DNA of 64,000 nucleotides from Pavona decussata (Eukaryota): NCBI GenBank assembly GCA_977016875.1, contig CDRNST010000037.1, positions 744,001 to 808,000 of the forward strand, read 5' to 3'. Shown piece by piece: positions 47,831 to 62,107 of this stretch (position 1 is its first letter; each line of letters starts with the position of its first letter). The notes under the pieces were generated by a model. It saw only the letters and a program-made list of their open reading frames with translations, ran no database searches and was not told where the DNA came from. The position numbers and the translations under genes were made by a program.

Positions 47831-49086
47831 CTGAGCTGATTTTCCAAAAGGTGGCTACAGAAATTGAGCACATTTTGAGACTTTCTAGGCTGAAGGAATA
47901 TGCTAGTCATTAACAAGACTTCAGTTACGGTTCATCACAAGAAAGCAAGGTCAGAAAATACTATGCAAGAGAAAAATTTTAAAGAGGGGCTTTTCTTTAG
48001 AATTAGAGATGACATTGACACTGATCTGAGTGAAATGAAACATGACTTGTGATCCGACTAAACAAGTGTGACATTTGGCAATTATTAACGGCGCCAACGC
48101 ATCTTAAATCTCAAGCGCTAAAGCGCTAAAGTCTAGCTTTCTACAACAGAATCGGCTTAATCGGAGCAAGACAGCGTTTTAAATTGATTTTCCGTCTTCA
48201 TTCTAGATTCAGCATGACGCAATGCGAATCACGCCGAACGAACATCCGGAAATTATTTATCACACTCGAGTCCGGAAATCTGACCCAAAATCGCACTTCT
48301 CAACTAATCAATTACTAGCCTAACAACGCTAAGGTTATAACGGCGAAAAATAATCGAATAGCTTTTCAAACTCACGCTTTTTGAAGAGAAAATCCTTGCC
48401 ATTTCTTGTTTGTGTTTTGCCATATTACTTTAAGTCCCGGATGTTGACAAAATAATTTGAACGGGGAACAACAAACAACGGTTTTCAACAAGAAAATAAA
48501 CGAAGTCTTTGGCGGGGTGAACAATTAGCGGTAATTTCACGCTGCCCGACTAGAAATCATCCCTAAGACCTACTTTCTACCACCAAAGACTGTCACCTCC
48601 TCAAGCAAAGCTTACAATATGCAACCCTTTAAGTCTCTGCCCGAGTAACTGAATATTGCCCGTTTAGCTCAAAAGAGAACTTGAGGTAGACAGCATATTA
48701 GTCAAGGCAGGACGCTGCACTCGTAAGACTTGTTCCTTCACTAGACTTAATGATGTCCTCAGGAAAACTTTGCTTCAGGAAGCCAAACGAAACGCTAGGG
48801 CTAATGAATTTCTTCTGAGCTCAGAAAGCGCCGAACTCAAAGCGCAATCGTTGTGCGGTTTATAGACATTTGAGAGAGAATGGGGCTGACTGTGCCATAT
48901 ACAGGCACGAGGGAGGTGGGGGGGGGGGGGGGAAGATTTTTTGTTAGACGAACGTCTTCTAATGACCCTTGTAATCTATGTCCTTATCGATGTGAAATTC
49001 AATGGGAGACGCTAAAAAAATGAAATCTTAAGAAAAGTTAACAAAAACTTTAATTTCTGTAGCCACCTTCTGGAAAATCAGCTGCG
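47831..49086. mobile_element. Non-autonomous TIR DNA transposon (~1.25 kb)
   Basis: AGCTGATTTTCCAAAAGGTGGCTACAGAAATT ... AATTTCTGTAGCCACCTTCTGGAAAATCAGCT with TATA-type flanks; no ORF. Confidence 0.75.
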
Positions 49087-49105
49087 ATATACAGTCATTT
49101 CAACT

Positions 49106-49334
49106 AACGTTGTCGGATCAAAGCATGACGTTTAAAGACAAGACCGAAAGTTTACGTGGGATTTTTATGAATAAATTCATCAAAATCAGTCATGCCTGGA
49201 GAAAACAATAGGTTGTAATTAGCAGTACAATGACCTGCACGTGCAGGGATGATTTTGAAGAAATTATTCATAAAAAATAATCCCACAAGACGTTGCGGTC
49301 TTGTCTTTTAGCTTGATTTTAATCCGACAACGTT
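49106..49334. mobile_element. Palindromic MITE
   Basis: TAACGTTGTCGGAT..AAAGACAAGACCG.. pairs with ..CGGTCTTGTCTTT..ATCCGACAACGTTA. Confidence 0.75.
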
Positions 49335-49578
49335 AATTGAAATAGCTGTATACATATAAAAAAAGAGTGTATAGCATATATATCCTGGGGTGGCCCCAAC
49401 GGCACGCTACAGTTTTCTTAGGCAAAATGACAGCTTTAAAATTTCCTAAGGCTGGAAAAATAATTTTTCGGTGGGGCAAATTTGTCGTTAAAAATGAGAA
49501 CTGGAAAGGCCAGCTTGCATTTTCGTAAAACAAATCAAACAAATTTACCTAAAACATCCTTACAACCACAAAATGAAA

Positions 49579-49700
49579 AGCTCCCAGTTAGCTGGATAGC
49601 TCTGTTGGTCAGGAAAGCCTGAGCTGCATAGTTATCGCAGGGGTATCTCGTGGGTTCGAATCCAACCTGAAGTTTTTCAGGCTTTCTTTTCTCGACCTCT
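49579..49700 (+). mobile_element. tRNA-derived SINE relic
   Basis: TAGCTC.GTTGGT (A-box-like) and GGTTCGAATCC (B-box) followed by a TTTTTCAGGCTTTC body; no intact cloverleaf. Confidence 0.55.
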
Positions 49701-50564
49701 GAATGCGAACATCCGAATCACCTTTTGAAAGCTACAAGTCAAAGCCATTTTTTTCTTGCCAATTTAATTTGCTCCTCAGTTTCCGGACCCAAAGCGCTTA
49801 AAAAAAAACGTGTCTGCGTTTTGCCATATTCAATCGCAATGAAAAGTCATAGAACATTTTCGAAATAGGATAAAAAATGTGGAGTGGTCGTGCAAAATTC
49901 GCTCTTAGAGAAAAAATATTTCGAAAGAAAAAATTCGCAGACACGTTTTAGTTGTTTATATGTTAAACTGGCTACTATCCAAATTTGAAGGCAAACAAAC
50001 AAATTTCCTTTGAGTTTTAGCTCTTTGAAGTGGCTCCTCCAAGTGAAAAAATTGATTTGAGGTGCTAAAAATTCGGCAATTCATTTAATTTCAAAATTCC
50101 TGGTATAGTTTGATAGCCAGCTTTATACGCTTTAATTTGATATAAGGGTTCAGGTATCTACAGTTTAAACCGGACGCGCTACATCGCTTGAACGCGAGAC
50201 ACCTCCGAAGGTATACGGTAACCTTAATGTAACATTCTGAGCGCTTAATAAAAGAAGGCCAGTAAATGGTACCGTAATACTATTCTGTAATTGCTGTGTG
50301 TCAGACTCGACTTTATCTTATCAGCCCATTTCAGTTTTTGTTTTTGCGGGAAAGCAGTCCTTCCCCAGCCCTTATTCCAAATGGCTTACATTTTAGTATT
50401 CTCTTGTTGGTATTTAAATTAGCCCTTCTTACCTCGTTCTTATACTCAAAATTCAAAAGAATATTTTACCTTAAACGAGGCAAGAACGTCAATTGTAAAC
50501 AAAAGAATATTAAAATGGCAACCATTTTTGAATAAGGTTTATAAGCCCACCCAAAACCCCTTAA

Positions 50565-51281
50565 GGTGGCGGAACACAGTTTTCCAGCATACAGGTGTTA
50601 GTAAACATTATTTGAAAACTAACTTCTTCTGAGTACCCGAAATTAGCATGGTGCAAGATTAACTAAGACGGAATAAATTTTGATACTTCTTGTTGAGCAA
50701 GGTGTCGTTGCCATGACAATGTAGCAAGCTATTAACCGTCCACAAATAATTTTAGAAAATGCACTTGTTAGATTTTTCCCATTTTTTGCATCCAGAAAAA
50801 CTCACAAAATACTGACATAGTGACGCTGGTTTCATGTAATTTTAACAGAGAGGTCTCCTGTAGATGTTGGTTTTGCACTTTAATGTTTTTTTGAAGATAG
50901 CCTCTGTTAGATTTTGGTTTTTGTTTGTAGGCGAGTTACGCTTTTAGAGAACTAGAGCGGTTCCTTAGAAAACAGTTCATTTCCATTAAAACAACCAGTC
51001 TCAATTTTTTGGTCAAATGCGCATGCGTGGCTTTTGATTAGGTTTTCTCAGCAGAGATGAAAAGCCTGCAAAAAAGCTTAGCTCTTCATAAACTCGCTTT
51101 CTTTGTTCGATTATAAATGAAGAAGGATTTACAAAGGAGAAACTGAGTTATTTTAAGAGCAAAACATCCATTTGGTACAAAATCAAGGGAACGATAGTAT
51201 TTGCTTACCACAACCCTAGCGCGCACTTAATTGCATCACTAACAGAATCAGTAAAGGGCGTGCAAACTGTGTTAAGCCACC
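50565..51281. mobile_element. TTAA-target MITE (Kolobok-type); inverted paralogue at 54917..55690
   Basis: TTAA|GGTGGC..AACACAGTTT ... AAACTGTGTT..GCCACC|TTAA. Confidence 0.85.
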
Positions 51282-52430
51282 TTAAGAAGTTATATAATCC
51301 CAGAGCTTATAACAGCCATTTCCAGATATTAGAGGGGTGAGTGTCAATGACACAGACAAGCAAACAAAGGCATATAGTTAAGACCAAATACGAAAAGCAA
51401 AAAACAAAATTTCAGCACCCAGCACATTATTTATTTTAAACATGAAAACAGCAAAGTCCCTTACAATGCAATTCTAGTTCTTTAAGTTTCTAACAATATT
51501 ATTTTGTTTTTTTCTCCTTTTTTATGTTTTCTCCCCTATTAACTGAAAAAGTAACACTCTTCAGAGTTCTTAATCTAAGCCCATTTTTGCAGCTGTTTCA
51601 GTGCTTTATTTATCCCCTACAGGTAACCATTCATCAAGGTGGTCATTGTTATCTAGGGTTGGGACAGAAAGTGTACATCACAACTCAAACTGAACAGTAA
51701 TGAAGACTAGTAACAAACTAATTGGCAGCTTTTCAAAAATTGATTTCCCTGAAATTTGGTATGCGTTTGAATCCGTCGCATTTATCTATTTATGAAGCTC
51801 TTTAACTTATAAATGTAGATAGAACTCTATTCTGACCCTGCAGTTATCAAAAATTTAACAGACTTTCAGCCTACGGAATGCAAATTATGTCATTGAATTC
51901 AATTTAACCCACATATCATATGTTTACTTTACAGATGAACACCACACCATAACAAACCTTAAATGTTTTGTTACAGTTAGAAATTAAGTTCTCATGAGGA
52001 AAAAAAGAAGAAATCAATACCACGAACCCCGACGGGGTTTTGATTTTTGCCCCCATTCATCTCCGTCTTGAAATCCGGAGTACCCCTCATCCCCAGGATT
52101 ATGAAGAACAAATGGAAAAGTGATCTCAACTATTACAAAATTTGGTGAACTTTTGCTTTGTTGTGAATTTCTCTAAGAATTGTTAATCGGTTAAGAAGCT
52201 ATATCAAAGACTCAAAAGAGTGTTTCATCGATTTCCAAAACGCTTGAAGTCGAGTTGTTGTTTTTCTAAACTTGGCTACGCTTGTATTTAAATCTCTCAG
52301 TCTTTGAAAATCAAATGAAGCACTCTTCCTCATGTTTGATATATGACAACACTTTCTGAACCCCTGTGGAGATCCCCACGCCACCTTGACTCTGATCCCT
52401 GAAGCTAAACAGTATTACAAAATTATGCCA

Positions 52431-55400
52431 CTACCCATAATAGCAAGGGGGGTCATACTTAATTGCCTTGTATTTTCCTGGAGCAACCTGCTTTATAATC
52501 AACTTGATGACTTCCCAAAAAGCACTGTTTTTCTTAACACGAAAAACAAAATCCTTTGGCGGATAGGAGGCCACCTTCACCATCTCATCAATGCCACCCA
52601 TATAGTAAGATCCAACAGCCACAACATAAATCTTCACTCCCATGTTTTTCAGTGCATTTGCTCTCGGAATGGTCAGGTGTCGTTTTTCATTTGATTGGCC
52701 ATCAGTGACAAGCAAAACCACCTTGCTTGCAGACCAGCGACCACCTTAATTTGAAAAATAGGAACCATTCTATTAATATATCAGAAGGAATAATTTATAA
52801 ATTGTGTGAAGCAGATTAAAACAGAAAGAAATCCAAACAGACTAAACAATGATCGAACTACAGGTAAAATAAATTTCATTGAACTTAAGCCTCTTGTAGT
52901 GTAGATAGCATAATAAATATTATAGGGCCTGGAAGACATATTTCGCAAGTTAATATATATATATATATGATTGGTAACCTGACCACTCTTGTAATTTAGC
53001 TGTTAAGCTANNNNNNNNNNNNNNNNNNNNNNNNNNNNNNNNNNNNNNNNNNNNNNNNNNNNNNNNNNNNNNNNNNNNNNNNNNNNNNNNNNNNNNNNNN
53101 NNNNNNNNNNNNNNNNNNNNNNNNNNNNNNNNNNNNNNNTCAGGAGTCTATCACATAACAACAAGAACAATGTTTAAAACCTGTTTCAAAGAAGTAACAC
53201 TTGTATTTATTTAGATACTCAAGAGTGACAATATTAACAGGAGCTTTTAAAGCTATGCAGGATTTCACAGACATTTCTTTTAAGTAGCGGAAAATATCTG
53301 CCTCTGCCTCAGTCCTCAGAATACAATGAGCAGGCAGGGCTGCAGAGAATTTTCAAGACAATTTAATAGTCCAAGTTAAATAAAATTACCAAAAAAACAA
53401 AAACATAGAAAGGAACTCTGCAATAGTATGAGCACAGGTCAAAGGTTAACTTCAACTTTTTTGATGAATGGGTTTGAACTCACCATATCATAAAGATTAA
53501 ATTTAACTTAGGGGGCTGTAGATTCTATTTTGAGAGTGCAACAGAGGATGCTTATTACAAGCACAGGATGCCCTGAGGGCAGCCTGTGTCAAGTTTTTGT
53601 TTGGGTATCTTTTTTTCCATGATAGCTACAAATCTGCACATTAATTTATCCATTAAACTTCACGCTCTTCTAGAAGGGATCTATTGTTCTGACTGTCTTC
53701 GACAAAACTGGCCCAATCAAAAGCCATTATTGGCCCATATATCACCAGGGAGGGGACCCACTCACCCCTACCTGTGTGATATCGAATCAAATCATCATTT
53801 TACGCTTAAGGGCCAAAATTGGCAGCCGCATACACCTTATGCAAAAATGGCTGACATTTTAAATAATATTCTTTGTCTGTATCCAAATTAGCCTCTCTAG
53901 CCTTGTCCAAGGTAAAATATTCTTTTGACTTTTGAACTCAAGTACGAGGTTAGTGAGGTTAATTTGAATACATGCACAGACAAGAGAATATTAAAATGTA
54001 AGCTATTTTCAGAAAGAAAACAAACCTTTTTCAAGCAGTAAATCAAAAGAATAACCTCTTAGGTACTCGACAGTTTAAACAGTGGAAATTGGAGAGTTCA
54101 CCGCAAAGAAATTATGCTTTGACAAACAGATCAAATAATTCAATGGGAAGGAAACAATGGAAGAAAACCAGACTGGTGCATGCTGCTGCAGACTTTGTCA
54201 AACTGATGCTTAAGCGCTACTGGTAATCAACTAATCGACCTACCAAAAAGTAGTTAAAGGTTTAATTGTCAATTTTTACTTAAACTTTTCATTAGGAAAG
54301 CTTTGCTTGTTTGTAACTGGGCTGTCAGATTCCTAAGTGGGAACATATCTACTATACAGGGTCAAAGCATTTGTTGAGAAGAATACCTTGTGCTTTATAT
54401 GGATGCTTTGATCCTCACGTTTTCACCTTTAATTTGAAGACAGAAACCGTTTCTACATTGATTATTTTTCAATAGTAAACATGAGTCAGATCCTTATCTG
54501 TATCTGTCAGTGTTGCCCAGTGTCCACCGGGATCATGATGTTATCAGATAGTAATTTCCGGTATGATTTGAACCAGTGACAACCATAAAATATCTCTGAT
54601 TTGACAAGCAGTGAAAAATGAAGGGGGCATTATTGCCAGGAGAACTCAGAAAGCAAATTGAATTCACTTTACAATTTACTTTACAAATATCTTACATCTT
54701 ATCTATAAATATTATATGTATATAATGATAATTGCAAAAAACAGTGAACTGTGACTTTAATCCAGCTCTAGCTTTCTTAAAGCAAGTTTCCATAATTTTT
54801 CAATTGTTATTATGATATTAATGACTATACTCATTTAGTTCGCAATTTTACACTAAACTTCTACAATGGTGGTCAGAGTTTTGTGATAATTTTGCTTCAA
54901 CAAAAGATTTGGTTAAGGTGGCCGAACACAGTTTGGGCGCGCTTTACAGATTCTGTTAGTGATGCTATTAAGCGCGCGCTAGGGTTGTGGTACGCAAATA
55001 TGGCGGTCGATGAAGTGATCCCTCAATTTCACATGAAATGGATAATAAAGTTAAGTTTTGATCCTAAATAACTAAGTTTCTCGTTTCTGGCCTCTTTTTC
55101 TTTTCTTTCCGAGCAAAAAAGTCTGCATTCACCAAGACCTTTTGCATGCTTTTCATCTTTGCCATGAAACACAATTTAAAAGCCACGCATGCGCATTTGA
55201 GCAAAAAATTGCGACTGGTTGTTTTCATGGAAATGAACTGTTTTCTAAGGAACCGCTCATTAGAATTTCGTGAAATTTGGCATGAAAATAGTCCTCTAAA
55301 AGCGTAACTCGCCTACAAAGAGAACCCTATTCTAACAGAGGGTATCTTCACAAAACAGTAAAATGCAAAATCAATATTTACAGGAGAGCTCTCTGTTAAA

Positions 55401-58400
55401 ATTACATGAAAATAGTGCAACTGTGTCAGTGTTTTGTGAGTTTTTCTGGATACAAAAAATGGAAAAAATCTAATGAGTACAGTTTCTAAAAATAAAGGAA
55501 ACCTACTACTTATGAACGTTTAATAGCTCGCTGCGTTGCCATGAAAACAGTACTTAGCTCAACAAGTCGTACGAAAATACATTCTTTCTTAGTTAGTCTT
55601 ACACCATACCAATTTTGGGCGTCCAGAAATACATACTTTCCAAATCACGTCTTCTAACACCTGTACACTAAGAAACTGTATTCGGCCACCTTAATATAAT
55701 AAGGAATAACAAAGACATTCGTGTTAATGATGGTCCAGTATTTTATAAAAACTACTTTGAGGGTGGAGTGGTCTTTGTGCATGACTTGTTTTTTCATTTG
55801 AATAATACGGACTCTTTTAAGATCATTGAGAATAAAATAAATAAAACCAATTTCTTAATTTGGACAGGTCTCCAACACTCTGTACCAAAACATTTCAAAG
55901 AAAGTAATGTTCAATCAACATCTCGCTGTTCATTTACTATTGAAGATAATGTCTTTAGTGTGACAAAAAAGAAATCAAAACATTTCTATACTCATTGTTA
56001 CTGAACAAAAAGGCGCAACTACCTAATATGGCCAGAAAGCTGCAAAATGAATTTAATTTCACGAGTGCTCAGCTACAACAAATGTTTAATTTACCTCATC
56101 AAGTAGCTCTTAAACCTTATGTGAAAGGCTTTCAGTACAAAGTCTTAAATTTTATACTCTACACTAACACCAAACTGCACAAAATAGGTTATAGTACAGA
56201 TGACAAGTGTACATTTTGCAAATTGGAGCGAGACACGTTGTATCATTTGTTGTCCAGCTGCCCCCACTCTCAGACTTTCTAGAAGAGTTTTGAAACACTC
56301 TGGTTTTCATCTACTAAAGAAAACCTACACCTCTCACTGCAAGATGTTGTGGTTGGTATTTTGAGACCTTCACGCCCCTTGCTTAATTATCTTCTCCTCT
56401 TTGCAAAACTTTATATTTGGGATTGCAGAAGGAACCAGATTCTTCCAAACATTACTGGATTTTAAATTTAAGGTTCGTCTTAAATATGAAGTAGAACTTT
56501 ATACATGTATATAGGGAGTTATGGTGAGAAAAAAGATATTTTAAGAAATAAATGAGCAGGCTTTCAGGATTTCTTGTTACAAGAGCAATAATATTGAATG
56601 TGTCTTTTGTATCTATTATTCATTGTATTTTGTAAAATCTATTATTGTAGAATATATAGGTATTGTAAGTACTGTCAGTGTGAACATTGTAAGGGATTCA
56701 TGTAAGTATAGTTAATATTGTAAATAGTATCAAGTATAATAATTATTGTACTTGAATGTATACTTATTTTGTGTCATGTAAAGGAGTAAGGGTGGTGGGG
56801 TTGTGGAATTAGCATTTATTATGTATTGTAATAAAATGTAATGTTGGGGAATAATAATAATAAATTAAAAAAATAAAATAAAAAAAAGTTAAAAAAAACA
56901 AACAAACAAAAAAAAAACGTTTCCATAATTTATGTGTTACATTAATGTGTTTTATAATTTTTCATGTGTTAGTCAAATGATTATGATTTCAAAAAGTTAT
57001 ATTCAAAGACCTTTTTTTTTTAAAGAAGGTGTTTTAATGCCCATTAATGACTATGTTGCAAATGGAGGTTGGGTGCTCAGGAGCTGGCGGGGCTGGTACC
57101 ACCAACCCAAACCCAGGTAGGTAGAACACCCCATAAGCCTGTCCTACCCACAACCCAGCCCCAGCCCAAGCACCTGTCAAAACGTGACAAACCAACCACG
57201 CCACAAAAAACGCGGAGTAGGGTAAATTTCTGAGCACGTGCAAAGGTGCACACCTAAACCGCAAGAGAATACCGCTGGCCACGCAACCGCCTGCGGACCT
57301 GAACCAGGACCAAACAGTAATGCAGCAACAAATGCCCACCAGCACATCAGACTATACACCAACGCCAAGCTAACAACACATGCAACAAGGGGATCAAACT
57401 TGCTCCAAGTAGGTTAACTAAGTTAAATTACATTTAATCGTACTTAACTTTGAAAAAACTATTTTCATTTAATAGATCATAAACTTTTTCACTGATGCCC
57501 TCAACATAACATTTTTAAGATTGTGGTATTAGGTTTCTAATTTGCACACATGCAAGATTTTATAGATAAATGATGAATGATCTCCTGAAGTCAGTGAGTC
57601 TTTATTAGCACAAAGACACTTAAATTAATATGGTGGAGTTGAACATTTGAATACCTTCAACCATTTCTTTCACTTTTTTAATGGCAAAAGATACATACTG
57701 ACAACCATTTACAGGTATCCTTCTAAAGGTCATAACCATTAAGTAATTATTATTAGCTGACATGGTTTGATTTTTAACTTGTTTCTCCAGGGTCAAATCA
57801 AAATAAGATTTAAAGTTAAAAACCCAATNNNNNNNNNNNNNNNNNNNNNNNNNNNNNNNNNNNNNNNNNNNNNNNNNNNNNNNNNNNNNNNNNNNNNNNN
57901 NNNNNNNNNNNNNNNNNNNNNNNNNNNNNNNNNNNNNNNNNNNNNNNNNNNNNNNNNNNNNNNNNNNNNNNNNNNNNNNNNNNNNNNNNNNNNCTTCTTC
58001 AGTTTTTATACTACATGCTAAAAGCTGTACCTGATGTAGGGTTCATAAAGAGCTTCTTTGCTTCTTCCAGTCCAGCCTGAGTGTTGGTCATACCATTTGG
58101 AAAACCAATGTTTGATATCTTATTTGCTGCTGAATCGTATGGCGAGAACTTGAAGTTGACAGTGGCTAAGTTGGCAAAGGTAACTGCAGCATATTTCGTG
58201 TCATAGTTAGGACTTTCCTTTGCCAACTGAATCATGTGTTTTAGTGCTTTCTTTCCTTTGTCAAATTCACATTTGCCTACTGATCCTGAGCCATCCATAA
58301 CAACCACAACATCTTCGTAGAGCTTTTGTCTTTTACGGCGCCCAGAGGCACCAGGATTAATGTGCAGAAAGTTGGTCATGAGCTTCTTTGCAGTAACCTG

Positions 58401-61400
58401 GGGGGTTGGGACAGCTCGGAATGCTACAAATGAGATAAAAAAATTATGGCATAAGTTGTTTTATTGGGTTAATACGTAATTACAAAAATAATCATAATTT
58501 TACAAATAACTACATATTTAAGAGGTTGTTAGAACAGATCAGGCAAATTTCGACTTTTCACCGATTTCACTGATTTTAATTTTCTCTGAACATCAATCAT
58601 TATATCCCATAAACAAATATCACATTTATTGAGCTCAATGCGATTTTTTTCGTTCTTGGCGAGACAGTTTACCACTGAGGTAACCTAAAAACTACCAAAT
58701 TTGCCATTTGGGACACTACAATTTATCTATACATTGCCGGTGCCGCCAAAATGTCATTCCTAATGCTCTGCAAACAGCTTGAATATTTTACATATTAAAG
58801 TTCCATTTGTCAATAACAATTTAAATGTTTAACGGTTGTTTTCTGTCAAATTTTGACTAAATTACAACTCTTTCAAAATACCTCCTCCTAAACTTCTGAA
58901 TGCATTAAACGCGACATACATGTAGTTAAAGCCTATTTTCACAAAAGTTTAACCTGACTAAGGGTCAAGTCTATTTTAACTCAAAAGCACTAACACCAAT
59001 CTACTAATAAATGTATGGAATAAAATTGGTGGGCACTGTACGCTGCGTGCGATTTCCCTAGTATTGATGGATTTCAATCGAAACCAAACATAAAGCCGTC
59101 AGACCAATAGACACATTTCTGAACCGAAATCTTTTAGAAATACAATAATAATCACTACGTAAATATTTCTGGCCATTTTTGTCCATATTTTAAAGACGAC
59201 TTATCCTTTTTATCGGTATTTTGAATGAAACCTCTTGAGCTATTTGTCTTTTCCACAATGCATATGTCCTATAGCAGTGTTTGTTTTGCGTGACTAACAG
59301 TTGCTAATTTCAAGGTATACAGTCGAACCTCTTTATTACAGATACCAAGGGGACAAGAATAAGTGTCTGTATGATAGAGGTGTCAGTTTTAGAGAGGTAG
59401 GCTTTATATGGATTTCGGTCTCTCAGGGACCAAATGAACTGTTCGTAGCAGAGAGGTGTCCGTATTAAAGAGGTGTCTGTAAGGAGAGGTTCCACTGTAT
59501 CTTCAATATTCATTCTACGCTCAATTTAAAGCGTTACTTTTCTTGTGTATATGAATGAAATCAGTGGTTAAAAATTCTCTCCAAGACAAAGAATTAGCTG
59601 GGGAAAAAGTTACTTTCTCCCTCTTATAGTAATTTGAGAACTGGTTTCTCTATGTTTTGTGACGCAGTGTTTATTTATCAACGTATCAAGACTCTGTTGT
59701 TCATTTTGGTCTTATTCAATTAAAACCCAGAGGTGTTCCAATTTGAATATTTTGTCAAAACCCTCCTCGCACATTCCGAAAGGTCGGCATTACTTAAAAG
59801 CTGATGTCTGCTTTTCCATCCAATTGTTCCCTGCAAGGAAAATCACACACTCATTTTGGATCTAGCATATATCGGCGCATTTGGTAAGCTATTACTTTAA
59901 TTATCAAAATGCGGCGATATTAGAGAAGTAGAGCTGATTGGAAAAAAGCCGGCATTCGCGAGCTTGCATGACTATCTGCCTGAGACATGGACATTTATTT
60001 GGAAAATTTTGGCGAGCGGCAAAGCCGTGCCAGTACACTTGCTGGGAAGACTGTAAGTGTGGCAGGGAGGAGACAAGTCATAACTGGAGTGGTCGATGAA
60101 ATGATTCTTCTGTTCAGCAAAATTGCCACTGTTGGTTCGTGTAAGTATGATTATTCGATCTTTAGGCTATGGTGTATTTTTCTGCGTCGTCCGTTGTTGC
60201 ATTAAGGTTTATTTTCGGTTTCCACTTTCACAATGTTTATCTAGCCAGTCAACGTATAATTTCTTAGGAAAACCGAGTCTCTGAAAAACACGTGATTTCA
60301 TTAAGGTATGTATGGAGCCTTATCTGTTCTAACGCGGACAGCCTCTTAATAACTAATCTTATTTAAATATATGCGAGCGCATATACACTGTATGCATTCA
60401 GACATGAGATTGCTTCCATAGTATAAATTCCATGCAGGACACATGTGTAGGATGATAATTGTTGACATTCAATAAATTAAAGGACAACATGTGACCATTC
60501 TCTGAATGGAATGAAATTTTCTTCATCAGTCGTCAGCAGAGTTATCAAAGGGGCATTAGGAACAGTTTATATGTTCCATGTCCCTATTTTTTAGCTCCCT
60601 TTGTTTTCCTCCTATACCCTCATTCCCCTTTCTGCTTGATTTGGTGTTTTGATGTGAAATAAGTGCCATCAATTGCTAATTCTTTAAATTATGCAGTAAT
60701 GGTCACAGTAGAGACCTATTCTGACTTTTCAATAACTACAATCAGAAAACTGCAAATTTTGCGCATATGTTGCAATCTACCTTAAAGAAAACACCACCTG
60801 GAAAGTACCAAACCTTCACTCCCCCCTCCCCCTAACTCAATGTTGCTTTGAAGGCTGGACGATGACCCAACCTTTTTTTCAGCAGCAGAGAACCATTGAT
60901 GAAGGGGAGGCCTAGGGGGGGGGGGGGGGGGTGTTCACGATTGTAGATTCAACACATGCACATGTTACCCACCTACAATGATAATTACCTGCCAACTTTC
61001 TCTAAGTCAAATGCATGAGATTTTTGTCTCATCGTAACTGGAATTTCCTAAAATGTCTGATGATTTTTCAAAGACTTTGGAACGTTGCCAAACACTTACA
61101 TTTTGAACAGATTGTAGACATTAATTTGAAAGCTTTTATGATGTTATAAAGAGCAAAGAAATAATACATATTAACAAAGTTATCTGAAATGAAATCATGT
61201 TTATTCAAAAAACACTCCTCTGGATTTGTGAGTCAGGCGTGAGAAGTTAATTGTCCTTGATGCATGAGATCAATGTCTTTAGTCCAAACGCGTGAGACTC
61301 ACGCATAATGCATGAGAGTTGGCAGGTATAAAAAGTCAAAGAAATTGATTAAATTAGCTTATACCTTTGTAAAAGTTAGCATTTGGATTGGATGGCAAAG

Positions 61401-61494
61401 TAGGACGAACTGGTCTCCAAAACCTTGCTGTTGTTTGTACAGTTAGGAAAACGAGCAGGCAAATCACAGCAAAACCTGCACCAAAGCGTGACAT
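52431..61494 (-). CDS. Secreted pre-pro single von Willebrand factor A (VWA) domain protein, ~278 aa (exons 61494-61365, 58423-58031, 52744-52431)
   Basis: Signal peptide MSRFGAGFAVICLLVFLTVQTTA; pro-region ending RRKR; VWA with MIDAS DGSGS, GMTNT, VTDG; phase 1-1 junctions, 837 nt total. Acceptor at 61545-61546 implies an upstream UTR exon. Two N-gaps lie in the last intron. Confidence 0.85.
54799..56918 (+). mobile_element. 5'-truncated L1/Tx1-like LINE with poly(A) tail and 13-bp TSD
   Basis: ORF2 C-terminus with zinc-binding motif (YTNTKLHKIG..DDKCTFC....TLYHLL..C); A-rich tail 56850-56918; TSD GTTTCCATAATTT at 54786-54798 and 56919-56931. Confidence 0.88.
54917..55690. mobile_element. 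TTAA-target MITE nested inside the LINE
   Basis: TTAA at 54913-54916 and 55691-55694; TIR GGTGGCCGAA.ACAGTTT; LINE reading continues across it. Confidence 0.88.
59320..59497. mobile_element. TA-target Tc1/mariner-type MITE
   Basis: TA|CAGTCGAACCTCT...AGAGGTTCCACTG|TA. Confidence 0.8.
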
Positions 61495-62107
61495 TTCTTA
61501 GGTTGCAACTCAGTGTGTCTCCAAATGGCAGTAATGTAAATGTCCTGAAATACAGGAAAAATGGAAATTTAGAAAGTCATTCCTACAGAGAAATTCAAAG
61601 AATTACCTTTATATTATACAGTCATATAAAAACTATTACCTATATAGTATGTACATTTTACTGGTTATTCTATGGGTTTCTCTGAAATATATGTAACATA
61701 TCACATATCCACATAATACACCTATGTAATGACAGGGGGAAAACAATAACAAGAAGAAAGGCAAATATAAAGTTAATAATATAACGATTTATTATAATTT
61801 AGTGATTTTAACGATTACAGACGACATCAACATAATCATCCTCATCATCAAGCACCGCGAGTAAAAGTTGGTGGATTTTGTACTTAAAAGCAAGTCTCCT
61901 TTGGAAGCTTATACAGATCAGGCTTTAAACAATTCCACATCTTATAGTCCCAAGGGCCGACAAAGAATTTTAAAGCTGAACGCTCAATCTTGATTTATTG
62001 ACATAGAAATTGCAGCATCAGAAAATCTAGTATTATATGTATGAACATTACTCGAGTAGGTAAAGAAGTGACAAATATTGAGGCACAGAATTAGCAGAAA
62101 AATAAAT

